From Adineta vaga (lineage: Eukaryota; Animalia; Rotifera), in NCBI GenBank assembly GCA_021613535.1, contig CP075496.1, forward strand, positions 15,066,001 to 15,130,000: a stretch of 64,000 bases of DNA, in the 5' to 3' direction. The notes under the pieces were generated by a model. That model saw only the letters and a program-made list of their open reading frames with translations. It was not told where the DNA came from and searched no databases. Shown in pieces: positions 15,415-28,777 of the stretch. The position numbers and the translations under genes were made by a program. How positions within the stretch are numbered: the stretch's first letter is position 1; each line of letters starts with the position of its first letter.

Positions 15415-15687
15415 ATGAGCAATCCGACTGGTATGCATACAGGAACTGCTCAACATTTGCAGGAAATTCATATACGAATGCTTAATCATATCAATCAAAA
15501 TAATCAACAACATATTCATTCTGTACATGGACATAATCATCAAATTCATCCAATACGTGAAGTTGCACATGCATCTAATACTCCACATCATGTTCAACAA
15601 CGAATAGTTGGATCTTCTGCACCACATCCTTCTACATATGAATTTGCTAGACTTTTCCTACACTATCTAATTCATCCTAAGAAATAA
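15415..15687 (+). CDS. Putative His/Asn/Gln-rich 90-aa protein
   Basis: ATG-started ORF with 16 His, GC-richer than flanks; no recognised domain. Confidence 0.45.
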   Translation: MSNPTGMHTGTAQHLQEIHIRMLNHINQNNQQHIHSVHGHNHQIHPIREVAHASNTPHHVQQRIVGSSAPHPSTYEFARLFLHYLIHPKK

Positions 15688-15899
15688 ACAAATCGAGAAC
15701 GAATGTGTGAGTTTGTTATCAGAATATTTATTGATAAGCAAAAGTTTTTGAAATAAATGGGTAAAAAAACAGACAATTAGAAGCACTATATATAAAATAT
15801 CAGAAATGTTTCTAAAATGATAAAGGATCTGCTTTTTCTTTTATCGAAATAAAATATTAAGATCAAGTTCGAAAGATGAAAAAAGAATATCAGTATGAT

Positions 15900-16145
15900 T
15901 CTCAAAATAATCTGATGGAATTATATCAGCAATGTTTATATTGACTGTGAAGCAGGATCAACTGCAAGAGTAGTTTGCAAAATAAATGATCCATTTTCTA
16001 TACTAATAGTATTTGCATTATAATTAGCCGTAATAATATCTATAGATTGTCATCATTATTCATGTTTATGATCACCATTATTATGACTATGTTTCATAAC
16101 CTGTTGAGTAAGAACGATGATTGTAGAACAAATTGCTGAAATCTA
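15900..16145 (-). pseudogene. FG-GAP repeat gene remnant
   Basis: Fragments RSYSTG, MNNDDNL/DIITANYNANTISI with frameshifts. Confidence 0.45.
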
Positions 16146-16885
16146 ATGAATATAAAATGATATTTCAATAATAATAAATTTCGTTGTAAAATTGTCTTGT
16201 TTCACTGTGCAAATAAAATGTAATAATTATTGTTTTTTTTCCAACAAATATTCGTCGATAAGTAACTGTAAATGTGACTGAAAAGTGTATGTAAAAAATG
16301 TCAAAGAGAAAAAGCAAAATTCTGTGCTTTGAATTTTGTTGCCTTATTCGCTTACATTTATAAGTCCGTATGTTAACATTCACTACTACTTTAAATCAAT
16401 ACTTATATCAAATTTGCATTGCAATGTTCCCCACATAATTCTATAAAATTTCTTAGGATGACTGAATTCGAGTCCAACACGAGCACCGATTATATTAATA
16501 TATTTGGTATATAAAACTTGTCTTGAAAGTATGAATAAAGATAACTAATTTTTCTATGGCACAGGAAATTTAACAAAATTTCCTCGTTGAACATGACTCT
16601 CACAGAGGCTATGATTATCCAACAAAATACAATCATATTTGTACTATTTTGATGTTATTTCATGATTGGTCTGACAAGGGAGGGTCCCCAGGTGTGTCCC
16701 TAGGATTTCAATGAAAATAATGTGGGTTTGTTAAGTCAAGTATACCTATCTCAGGTATCAAACAATTAGCTTATGAGAGAATATTATATAAAACAAGTTG
16801 TAAACTAGGAATACATTAAAATAATCAGATATAATTTACTAACCTTATTTTCAAAAACGTTTTTTATTTATTCCTCAAGAACAGA

Positions 16886-16960
16886 TACAAGTACCAAGTA
16901 CTATTCTTAAAGTACAAGCACAATACTTTTACTTGCTGTACTTGTACTTGTTCTAGCTCT
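16886..16960 (-). mobile_element. hAT-like MITE terminus
   Basis: CAGAGCTAG end on the minus strand followed by clustered AAGTAC subterminal repeats in both orientations. Confidence 0.35.
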
Positions 16961-17524
16961 GAATAGCATATCGGATAGAATATAAGTTTAGATGAAAAAC
17001 GAAGGCGTTAACAACTGGACAAAGCAACTCGAGCTTTGTTTATTCATTATCTATTCAAACAGAATTTTTATACTTAGTATTTACATGTTTGTACTTTGCA
17101 GTCAAATAGATACTCATAGAAATCATACAAACAGCAGTTGCATTTGTATTTTCTTTTGAGGAATAATCAGGTCATTTTTAAATTAACAGTTTGTCAGTCA
17201 TTTTCTTTTATGTTATAGCGAGATAGAAAGAAATTTTTGATGAGATCGTTTTCAATGGTAAGAAAGAAGCTTTTTTGTAAATTGAAATTGTTTCTATGTT
17301 TTGAAAGTAAGAAGCAGATATAACGTTGATGACTTTCATTATGAAACTTTCTCAGGATGCTCAAAAAAACCAAGGTAAAACAACTGTCGTTTGCATTTGA
17401 TAAATGAAAGAATATCTCATGCAAAACATTAAGAGAAAAGAGAAAGAAAGTCTGAATATTATAAAAAAATACGGTATTATTATTTTTTCCTCAGTGAAGT
17501 TACCTGCTAATTTCTTCTTTTTTT

Positions 17525-18647
17525 ATGAATTGGATACAAATTTGTTTCTTATTATTTCGTATATTTGTTATACAATCGATGACACAAAATACACGATCAT
17601 TTCAAATGTCTATTATGAATGGTTGGAAATTTCAATGCTTAAACACAACTTGTTTGCCAACAAATACTTTTATTGAATCAAATATTCGTAGATGTCAAAG
17701 AAATTGTTTAGACGATATCTTTTGTAAAGCAGTTAGTTTTTCTCAACTAATATTTCAATGTAATTTATTTTATAATATACCTAATCCTAATCCAAATATG
17801 TTGGTTGATATAAATACGATCACTATGATTGTTATTAATGGAACAAGAATATCATCTGGTAAGTTTTTCTGTTTAAAATACATGTTCATCTCATCAGAAG
17901 TAATTTATTATTAGTTATTCTGTTTTTTTTCTTTTCTTTTCAAAAAAAGAAATCGAAACGATTTCTACAATATCCAGTCCATCATCCTCGACTTCGTCGT
18001 CAACAACAACAACTGTATCGACCTCGACATCATCAATAACAACAACATCCTTCACCTCAACGTCAACATCAACATCATCAACAACAACAACTACTACTAC
18101 TGCACGTATGTCAATAAATAATATAACTAATGAAATAAAAGACAAATTTTCTTCATTTTCTTCCCATATATTCTATTAATTATCTATTTTAGCTTGTCCA
18201 TCCGGTGGAATTCCACTTACATTTGATGACATTCCAAATCCAACTCCTTCTGAAGCTATTATACCATCCAATTATAGTGGATTTACTTGGACTAATGCAA
18301 GGTACGCGAATGTAAGTGCATATCCTACTAGTGGTTATGCTTATGCTCGTGTTTCTGGTGAGTATGTATTATGGTTCAAAACTACAGTGACAATTGAAAC
18401 AACACCAAATAATAAAACAATAACACTTAATTCAGGTCAAATGTCATCTGGATGGTCAGATGGAAACATTTTATTAGTAATGGGTTATTATACAAGTACA
18501 CACTTATATAATGTTACTATTCCTTTAAATACATATTCACGAGTTTTGAAAGTATTTAATTGGAGTGGATTGAATAAAATTATACTTCAACCATCGGGAT
18601 CAGGATATTGGGATACAGGAATTGATAATTTATGTATTACTTTTTAA
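17525..18647 (+). CDS. Secreted PAN/Apple domain + Ser/Thr stalk + 'TFDD...DNLC' domain (3 exons)
   Basis: Signal peptide, CxxxC...C...C-x-L Apple pattern, Thr-rich exon ~17950-18105, last exon from ~18193 CPSGGIPLTFDDIP...GIDNLCITF. Confidence 0.75.
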
Positions 18648-19632
18648 TATTATCGATAAAATTTTCGTATGATTTTATCTAATACGATTGATATATCTCA
18701 ATGTTTTGAGAAAGACGTTTACAATTTATTGACAAATACTTATTCTTGTATAAAAATTTAGTTTGAGAACAGTATGATCATTCTTTTTTTAAACAAAATT
18801 TTATGATATAAGTAATTAGAATAAATATTCTTCTTTGTTTCTATTTTATGAATTGAAATAAATTTTCTTAAGCTATTATAATTGAAGATATATGAATGAA
18901 TCTTATATTTTACTATACAGTTTTCTAAGTAATCAACAAGTTCTGTTCAATGATTGTAATAATGACTTCATTTTACTTTGATTTTAAATGAATACGAATA
19001 AAGAATCAATGTAACATCAAGATATAAATGACGCTTCAAAGATCGACAATTTCTTTATATTGATGTTTTTTAAGTTAATACTCATTGCTGAACTAGAACA
19101 AGCTTCAACAAAATCATAATTTATTGCTTATTGTAATTTTCAGCTCTTCTTCTTTCATTGATCGAAAACAAATCAATGCTTATAGAGATGATATAACGTA
19201 ATTAATCATTATCAACATTTGTAATGCCGATTGAGACATGATCGTTCTACGCAAAAGAAAAATGAATCAAATAAAGAACAATTCTTATCACATATATTTC
19301 TTCTCTTGATATATCTTAAGCAAATTATTAAAGTTATGATTCATTCGCATAATACATACTGATTCAATAATAAAATAAAATTACAACTATATCCTTTCTT
19401 CTTATCTTGTTGAACATTTTCAAAATTAACGACAACAATATGTTCTCTGTTTTGAAAGATATATTCTAGGCACATACTTGACTTGATTGGTAATCATCCG
19501 TAAATAGAGAAAATTTATATAATAGATATTTTATACTAGAAAAATACTTCATTCTATTATAATATTTTAAAAAAACAAGCTTTCGTCGTATTTTTTCCGC
19601 AGTTATTCAGATAAATTTAATAAAGACACGCA

Positions 19633-20643
19633 ATGAATTTGAATTTCTCTGAACTAACGAATATTACTAATGAGAATAATGAAACCGATAGTTATATACC
19701 GATCTTATCTAACATGGCAAAATATATTATATTGATATCATTGGAGATACCAGCTATTCCTACTTATCTATTAACTTTCGTTTGTATGATTATAAATAAA
19801 AATCTTCGTTCGGCTCCAAATAATTATACAGTTCTTATTGTGTTATTTCTTTCATTTCTCTTAGCTATATTTGATACTCCATTTTATATAGATGCATATT
19901 CACCATATCCATCTATTAAAGTTACCAATGCATTTTGTTTATCTTGGACATTTATTGAATTCATTTTAATGTATGGAACGGGTCTTATACTTAGTTGGGC
20001 TTCATTTGAACGACATCTTCTCATATTTAATTCTCACATATTCAATTATAAATGGAAAAATCTTTGTTTTCATTATTTCCCCCCAATAATTATTCTTATT
20101 TATATTTCGATATTTTATATTTATACTTTATTTATTTATCCATGTGAAAATATTGTAGATTTTGAAAATAATTATTGTTACTCACCATGTTACTATGACA
20201 GTAAACTTCTTGATATATGGGAAACAAGTTTTCATATTATGTTTCCAACATTCTTTGTCACGATATGTAACGGTGCGCTTCTTTATCGAATTTATCGTTC
20301 GAAAATCCTTTTAAGACAATCAATGAATTGGCGAAAATATCGTACAATGATTTTTCAATTTATTTCTATTTCATCTCTTTATTTATTGTTAACTTTACCA
20401 TATTTTATATTTTACATATTTTATTATACTATTTTCGACTTATGGGTATATTCAATCCTTTACTTTTTCGCTTTTCATTATTATCTTATTCCATTATTAT
20501 TTCCTTTTGTTTGTTTATTTTCTATACCAGATCTTAAAACAAATTTAAAAAGATTGATTAAATGTGGAAATAATCGTCGAACAGCAGTTGTATCAATTCA
20601 AGTGGAAACAAGATTTGTTGGACAAAGAACTACTAAAATATAA
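19633..20643 (+). CDS. Rhodopsin-like GPCR, 336 aa
   Basis: 7 TM, N-terminal glycosylation sites, WASFERH motif, PFVCL. Confidence 0.88.
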   Translation: MNLNFSELTNITNENNETDSYIPILSNMAKYIILISLEIPAIPTYLLTFVCMIINKNLRSAPNNYTVLIVLFLSFLLAIFDTPFYIDAYSPYPSIKVTNAFCLSWTFIEFILMYGTGLILSWASFERHLLIFNSHIFNYKWKNLCFHYFPPIIILIYISIFYIYTLFIYPCENIVDFENNYCYSPCYYDSKLLDIWETSFHIMFPTFFVTICNGALLYRIYRSKILLRQSMNWRKYRTMIFQFISISSLYLLLTLPYFIFYIFYYTIFDLWVYSILYFFAFHYYLIPLLFPFVCLFSIPDLKTNLKRLIKCGNNRRTAVVSIQVETRFVGQRTTKI

Positions 20644-21189
20644 GGAAATTGATTTTAATAAAAAAAGAAATTATCAAATGAGAAGATCTTTTCATACGTT
20701 ATTATAATATAACATCAATTAAATTCATAAGTAATATGTTTGCATGAAGAGAGACAGGATGGATATGAAAAAGAAAGATAAATTTGAAAGTAACAAATTG
20801 CAAAAATAAGAAAAAAATTATTTTATAAAAATAGAAAATTTTTATTCATTTTTTTTATGATTTTAGTTTTGTTTAATAAATAAAAACAAATCTTAACTTA
20901 AAAAAGAAGTTTTATAACCGGAAAGATTGTCGGTTTATGTTGAATGATAAACTTGAAAATATGCTTAAATCATTACGTAATTAAAGACACTTCTCTTTTT
21001 ATTACAAACATATTTTGTTTTTATTACTCAGATATCTTTTTTTCTCTTTTATTTTATACGATAAAGTTGGTAAATATTTTTTTGTCAACATAAAAAGAAG
21101 ACACGATATATTATATCTTGAAATATCTCATTAAAATCATTTTTACGTATATCTATTCAAATGAATGAAACATTCACTATTGTTTCGAT

Positions 21190-22470
21190 TGCTATAATAT
21201 AATGAAACAATATCTGAACAGATAAACAACTGATATTAATTATACAAGGACAATTTGTACGAGATCTTCTTCTTCTTCAAATTAATCATCTACAATCAAT
21301 TGTACATATTTATATTTATAATATTGATCGAAATGTTTTCCTCGAATTACAATATCTGAATTTGATCAAATTCAATTACGACATCGAATACGTATAAATG
21401 AACCACTTTCTATTTATATACTGAATACAGATGGACAAATATCAAGATTAATTGATGGTGGTTATCTTGATTTTCATCGTTTTAATGATGTTATTTTATA
21501 AAAAGAAACAAAAGTATCTGAAAAAATGAATTAATTCTTCTTTTTGCATTTTTTATTCGAGACTTTGAGCGACCAACTTCGCTCCTTGTCGCACCAACAA
21601 TCTAAAACAATATAATGAAAGTTTATCGTGGTCAATGGATGTTAAAAATTGAAATAAATCAAATTCAATTAATAAACTTATTTTAATCAATTGATTTTTT
21701 TCTACAAGTTTAAATTCTAATGTTGTTTCTTGATGATATTAATCGTTTTGATGATCGCGAACGAATTCTATCTGAAATAGAAATCTATCATCATCTTCTC
21801 AATACAAAACCATTTGCTAATATTTCTTCAATTTCATCCTATGCGAAGGTTCATTAACACTTCGTGATGTTTTATTTAATATGGCTTAAACAAAGAAAGC
21901 AGATCGATATTGTCGACGAATTCAAAACCAAGTGAATTATCGAGTTATTATAATCAACGTGGAATTATTGCAGGAGAATCAGGATATCATCAGGAAAGTA
22001 TTTAAATACTTTGAAAAAGCATTTTGTCAATACAGACAAAAATGATGTTGTTGTTGTTGGATATGTGCAAATTATTCATAATATGAGTATAGTTTATGAA
22101 GAATTAAATAATTTTGATTTAGCTTTGCATTGTTTTAATGAAACTTTAAAAACATATCTAAGTCTGTAAAATCTGAAATGTTATTCTGATCTTTCATTAT
22201 CCTATATGAATATTTGTAATGCTTATGCTGATCTCGATCAACATAGAAAAGTAATTGAATATTATGATTATAAGCATTGAAATTGTATCAAGATTCGATT
22301 CTGCATGATCATTCCGAGTTTCGTCAATTATATCATAATATGGCTCGAACTTTTGAAGAAATGGAAAATTATTCACAGGCAATTATTTCACTTGAAAATC
22401 TTCGTTTATTGTATCTAAAAAATTCTTCTTCTAACTTACCTTCAAATTGTCAATATTGAAAAAGATATTA
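21190..22470 (+). pseudogene. Degraded ADP-ribosyltransferase + TPR gene
   Basis: KVYRGQ, FFSTSLN and TKPFANISS motifs followed by TPR-like HNMSIVYEEL and YHNMARTF; many stops and frameshifts. Confidence 0.55.
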
Positions 22471-22917
22471 TACGATTAATGTTCTATGTTTTCATCTGCC
22501 TGAAGAAAAACACCATTCGAATGAGGAATAAATCAATGTCATTGTTTATATATAGAAGATAATTAAAATGATTTTTGACTATTTCTATAAACAAATAAAT
22601 ATACTTGTCCATATTTTCTCGACTACTATGCTAGGGTACTATTCGTATGTACTCAGGTGCTTTCCACTGATTACTTGGTAGTCGAAGCAATTTGACAATG
22701 ATCATTACAATCCTTTCTATATCACGACAATAGTATTGAATGATTCTCTTAAAAATCAATCTAACATTATATGATGACTGAAACCTGGTATACATAGTTT
22801 TCTTTTGGAAATATGAAACTATCTTGAATTCGACTTTTATTCACGTTTTGAACAAAGAAAATCAATAACATAAAGTTTATCGGTAATATTAATATTTCTT
22901 ATAGTATAAATTATAAT

Positions 22918-24305
22918 TCATTTTATTAATTTGAAATTGTTTAATATCATTCTTGATTGACATATAATCTTAATTTCATTTAAATACTTTTTCGATGTAT
23001 GTTCTTGTGCATGACGAACTATTGTTTGTAATTCTTGAGCTTTTTTACTAAAAGACATGTTTGGATCGAATAATTGTTGAAGATATTGATTGATTTCATC
23101 TGCTAATATTAGACGTTGATGACCATTTGATTTTGTATTTCGAATAACTCGTCCTATACCAAATTCATTCTCTACTCGTTCTCCATTGAGAAATTGATCA
23201 CCAAACATTGGTAAAATTAACATAGGTTTACCAGCAGACATACTTTCAAGAATACTATTCCATCCACCATGTGAAATAAATAATTTCACAGCAGGATGAG
23301 AAAGAATAAATCGTTGAGGCATCCAATCAAAAACAAGATTTGATGATGATGATAAATATTTATGATAATCATTTTTCAATGACCAAATAGAAGGATAAGA
23401 AGAAATACTTCGACTTATTTCAACAATTTGTTCACCTGTTAAATTAACAATTGAACCAAAAGCAACATAAATAACTGTTGGAAATTGATTTGCCTTGTCC
23501 CATTGCATATCTAACCATTCTTTAACATGTACTATTATATCATTCTATAAAAACAAAGATATTTATGGAAGTTTAAAATTAAAATCTTACTTTGTCTATT
23601 TCATCTTTTTCCGAAAAAAGTGGTCCTATAAATCGAACAGGTAAATTAGAATTAATAATTGATTGTTGATGATATCGATCGAGTGCATTTTGTTCGAAAT
23701 GAGCGATTGAATTGCAAATAATTCCATCAGCAATAGTAAATACTTCAAGAAAATTTTGAACAAACTGTTGACTCATAGGAACAATTAATTCACCAATTGA
23801 TATTTTAATATATCGAAAAAGATTTTCAAAATTACAAGGCATAAAAATTTTAGTAAATATATGATGTTCATGAGCTATTCGAATGGGCAAAGGATTGAAA
23901 ATATCAGATATGATCATATGAACTGGACGAATAAATGATGATGATGATGTAATAAGCATAGTTGAAAGTAATTGTCTAAGTGGTTCATTCATTCGATTTA
24001 TATCATCGTCGAGTTTTGAATCTGATATCTAAGATAATTATTGAAAAACAAAAATCAATTATCGAAAAAGAACTTACTTTATTCTCATTATTTATATTAT
24101 CCAACAATCCAATAAATTCTAATTGATTAGTATTGTTGTTTTTGATTTTGTCAAGTATTGATATTGATACAATAAAAGTTACATGACAATAAAGAGATAA
24201 ATGTTTAGCAAAATCTAACATTGGAATAATATGACCAAGACGAGGTATACTTATTATTACTACATGACCATTAGATGGTTCTATTTGTCGAATTGTTTGC
24301 ATCAT
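22918..24305 (-). CDS. UDP-glycosyltransferase (GT1, plant-like PSPG box), 3 exons 24305-24078, 24028-23591, 23544-22918, ~430 aa
   Basis: HVVIISIPRLGHIIPM, EWLD, VIYVAFGS, WMPQRFILSHPAVKLFISHGGWNSILESMSAGKPMLILPMFGDQ; splices keep the frame. Confidence 0.9.
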
Positions 24306-24490
24306 AATATAGAAGATTAATACATAGAAATATGTTTTATCTTTTTTTTATTTATATTTTTTACATATAAATAACACAACATGTGCCTTTTCTTTTCTCT
24401 TTTTTCCATCAAACTTCATTATTTTACATTTCTTATCTATGTAGTGAAGATCTGATAAAGAATTAGAAAGAAAAAAAGAAGGTTTAAATC

Positions 24491-24541
24491 TTGAAGGTGT
24501 GAGTGTGGATAACAAAATATGAGTACGGTCATCCACACCCA
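24491..24541. repeat. Telomere-repeat-armed palindromic cassette
   Basis: (ATC)TTGAAGGTGTGAGTGTGGAT-20 bp-ATCCACACCC. Confidence 0.65.
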
Positions 24542-25131
24542 ACTTAGTTTTTCAAAGAAGCACTTGTATCATTTGGAAGAACAGCACTTTGAAATGTAAG
24601 TGTTACTGACAACAGTTCATCCGATAGATTTGACTAACTAAAATTAACATAAGTAAAAGTACCTCTATCAACTGTTGCATTTGTAAAATCAACATTGTAT
24701 AAGAGAGAACATAACGGAAGTTAATATATGATAATTTCATCTAAGTAAAACCGACTTGACTAAAATCAGAGAAATCTATTTCAAGGAATCGAAATGATCA
24801 TTTGATTAAAGAAACATTACGAAATTGTATTAGAACTATATCATTTCTTGGATATAAACCTCGCAGCAATCTTAAGTATATTCATATCCAAATTATTGAA
24901 TTCAATAACAAATATATTAATCAGTCAATATTCACTGTTTTTTTTCTATTCATTTTGTTTTACATAAAAATAGAATTAGTTGTCGTTTTTGTCGAATATC
25001 ATCTAGTTGAAGCGATGTTGTTAATGTTTTAGCTCGAATAATAGATGAAATGACACTAAATTCATCACACACGATGTTTTTCTCTAAAAGTAACATTGAT
25101 ATATCATGCAGATATGTAGTTAATATTCATT

Positions 25132-26463
25132 CTATTTCTGAATGATTATAGACATCGTGGTAGCTTTTAAGCAAAAGATTTTTATTAAAATGTCAATTAA
25201 AAATTTTTGAACTCGATGATTCAATTGGTCAACGACATAAAGACTTCCTTCACCATCAAATGATAAACTAGCGGGACCAGAAAATTGATTTGACTCACTT
25301 CCTCGTCCATTTCCACCAACAACAATTTCACCTTCTCTTTTTCCTCTGCACCAACGCATTACTCGACGATTACCCGCATCTGTCACATATATTTGATCTA
25401 AATGGTCAACAATCACTCCGTGGGGAGACCATAATTGGTTGAGATTTTCTCCTATTCCATTTCCACCAGCAACAACAATTCCTTCTTTTGCATCTTTTCT
25501 CCATTTCATCACACGATGATTGTCTTGATCTGCTACATAGACAGATTGATCTTCGTCAATAAAGATAAAATTAGGTATATTAAATTGATTAAGTTGATCT
25601 CCTTTTCCGTTGTCACCAGCAACTATTCTTCCATTTTCATCTCCTTCTTTCCATTGTATCACTTCATCCTTCTTATGATCAGAAATATAAATAAATCCAT
25701 TTTTATCCATTGCAACACCATAACAATCAATATCGGAAATAAGAATTTGTGGTTTTATTTGATTTTGGTGAAACCATCGCATTACTCTTCTGTTTCCAAT
25801 GTCACAAATAACCAAAGAATTGTTTTGTTTGTCTAAAACCACATTTAATGGTAAGTTGAACTGACCGTTTTCATTTCCCTGTCCATTTTCACCTGCAATT
25901 ACTTTGCCATTCTTTGAATCAGGTTTCCATGCAACAATACGATTATTAAAAGTATCAGCAATATAAATCGTTTTTTCGTCATTAATAAAGATCCCTAAAG
26001 GGCTGAAAAGCTGGTTTAATTCACTTCCGCGTCCATTTCCTCCAGCTACAGTTATTCCATTTTGTTTCCATTTAAGACTGACTTTATCTTAAATACATGA
26101 CATTTATAGTTGTCAATATTTTGAGAATGAGGATAAGGATGCTACATTTATCATCCGCTAAATTCACTCACTTTTCATTGGTGGACAGTAGTTTTCATGG
26201 ATCATTGCAGTTGGATAACAAAGCGGACGATTATCGCAGTAAGGATGATGAACACATATTGTATTTGATTGAAAACATGAATAGTCTGAAGCATTGCATG
26301 GTAAAAGATGAGAGCATGTTGGCCACAGAAAACCACAAACACCTGTATCATCATCAGCACTTACCATATGAAAACATCCACAGGCATTATTTGTCGAACA
26401 TTTACCATATTGTGTTGTTTTCTCACATATTTCAGATTTCAGTTGAGCTATGAAAGTGATAAA
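25132..26463 (-). CDS. Cys-rich domain + NHL-repeat beta-propeller protein (5' exon uncertain, ~26590)
   Basis: KWKQNGITVAGGNG and repeated NHL motifs (YVADQDNHRVMKW). The Cys-rich exon (CSTNNACGC...CYP...CPP) joins in frame via a GTGAGT...TAAG intron (~26171-26089). Confidence 0.8.
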
Positions 26464-27519
26464 CTAATATATATATATAATAGAATATGAAATGAATAAA
26501 TGAATGAATGTTAATAAAATCAGTGATCAAAATCAATGGTTATTTACCTGAGAATAATGAAAATGATATGGCACTGAATTTTGTATTGATTCATGGTCGC
26601 TTTTGAAATAAGATGAAATGAAGGGAAAAGTATGATTTTATTTCTAAAAGGCAGATAATATCTTAAGTTAATTTAATTGAGATATAACAGATGCATCTAT
26701 TCACATATCAATAATTGGAAATTTGATCTTTCGTTTCATTTCTTCTAATCGCTCTGATTTTATCCTATAGCAAATACAATAAAAAATACAAGATAGCGCT
26801 CGTCTAGGGTGACTCGCTTGTCGCTCGACTGAAGAATTAACAAAAAGGAAATTTTTGATTATTTCTGCTCGAAAGTGGTTAGTTTTGAAAACGAATTTTT
26901 TATCATTTATGGCATATCAATCGATAGACTATTAAACTATCAGTAATTCTAGTTCCTTCCATTCGCGAAGTCTTCTCTGAAAAAATAAAAGGAGTGTTCT
27001 GAGCGTCCTTACATTCCTACAGTATTATTATTATCATATAGTATGATTTTGCTTTCATCATTTCCTTGTGAATATTTGTTGATACTACTGTAATATTTAT
27101 AAAAACTTTAACTTTGTGAATTTCATGATTTAGACAATTGAGATTCTGATATGGATAAGAAAAGTACAGCAATCCTTATGCAACAAGTTGTCAGAGAAAC
27201 AAGTGAACATATGTATAAATTTATAAGCATATTCATAATCGCTATATCGTTGTTTGTACAAGAAATCGAAAGTAGATCTTTCGAATGCTTCCGTGTGTTT
27301 TTCGCACTGATTGGTGTAGTAGGAGGAATTGCATATAATCGATGTCACATCCAATCGCTATCATAAAGAATTATATCTTTTCAAAACCGCGCATTGCGAA
27401 GTGCCACTTCTAGGTTTTAGATCCGCGCCATCAAACAAATCTCAATAACGAACGTCAGCTTCGCGTTAATCAATAAATTCTATCATGATCAATTTGTTAG
27501 CAAAAATCATATTACACTA

Positions 27520-28089
27520 AGGGTAGGTCTCTCAAATCAACGCTTAGTCTTTCGTCGGTCTCTCTCCCATCGACCACTCATGGCCAATCATTTCTACTGT
27601 TAACTTCAGCATATTAGTTCCTATTCTCCAAATCCTAAAAGAATAATTGAACTTAGCCTCTGCATTATTTCTAAAGTTTATGGTTTTTGTCAACATGGGC
27701 TTGGAAAACCAGAAGGAAAGAGAAAACAATTTCTTGGATATATATGCATAGAATATATTATACGGCGACTCTTCAAAGATCTTTGTCTTTCTTGAATTTT
27801 ACCACAATATTGATCCAAAAGAAGAGTCAACCAAAACGTATGCAGTCACATTTCTTTTACATGTTTCCATCTAAATTCATAAAGTTCCATTCGGTATCAA
27901 TTTTTTTCATTGTACAATGCCAATGTCAAAAACCAAAAAGAAAAGAGAGAGTAGAAGGGAAAAAATATAACTATCGCTGTATATGCCCATGTCACATCTA
28001 TTTCAAAGAAGTGCAACTTTCTCATCATTGCAACTGTTTCGATGAGATCAAAATGATATCTTTCGATTCAAAATAAGACCTACTACCTA
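27520..28089. mobile_element. Possible old non-autonomous DNA element
   Basis: Imperfect inverted ends TAAGGGTAGGTCT / AGACCTACTACCTA. Confidence 0.3.
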
Positions 28090-28777
28090 AAGACTAATTT
28101 CACAGTTCTACATCTATCAAAAGGGAAACGTTAACCATGAAAATCAATCTTATCCTATGTTTCTGATGTATTCCTTGTGTTCGAGTCCACAGTAAGCTGA
28201 AGTGAACCCTTAACAAACTCAAAACAGAAAACCGATTTTCACTTGAAACGAAATGCGGGAGTGAGATCATCTCCCATGTCTTCAAAATCGACCAGGTTTG
28301 GTCGATTAATCGCGATTTTCCAAAATATTAACAATTAATCGCGATTATCCGAAATGTTAACAATTAATCGCGATTGATCGCCGATTTTATAAGCAGAAGT
28401 GATATATCGCGATAGATCGTCGATCATTTTTTGATCAACAAAAAATCGGAATTTCGTAATAAAAGCTCGTCAATTAATCTCGATTGAGCAACAATTTTTA
28501 ATATTTTTACTGAATATCAATAGATCAACGATACATTTAGTTAATTATTTTTTACGTGAAGAAAATCAAATTTAAAATATAAAGTAGACTCTGGGTCGGA
28601 AAACGAACCTCTGAACTAAGTTACCGAACGCCATCTCTTCACGAATATGTTCGTATTATTTTCTGGCTGATTAGTTTCAACCAATAGACAAAGAGAGATG
28701 ATTCTAGAAGTTCTCGTATTCACCGTATGTATTTTCTTTTGTGCGGTATCCTTGTAATATTCATTTCATTTTTGAAA

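Noticed and set aside
17915-18145. Val/Asp-rich minus-strand ORF
   Set aside because: It is the antisense shadow of the Ser/Thr-rich exon on the plus strand.
27385-27412. Helitron 3' end (CCGCGCATTGCG...CTAG)
   Set aside because: The hairpin is imperfect, CTAG is not followed by T, and no 5' end was found.
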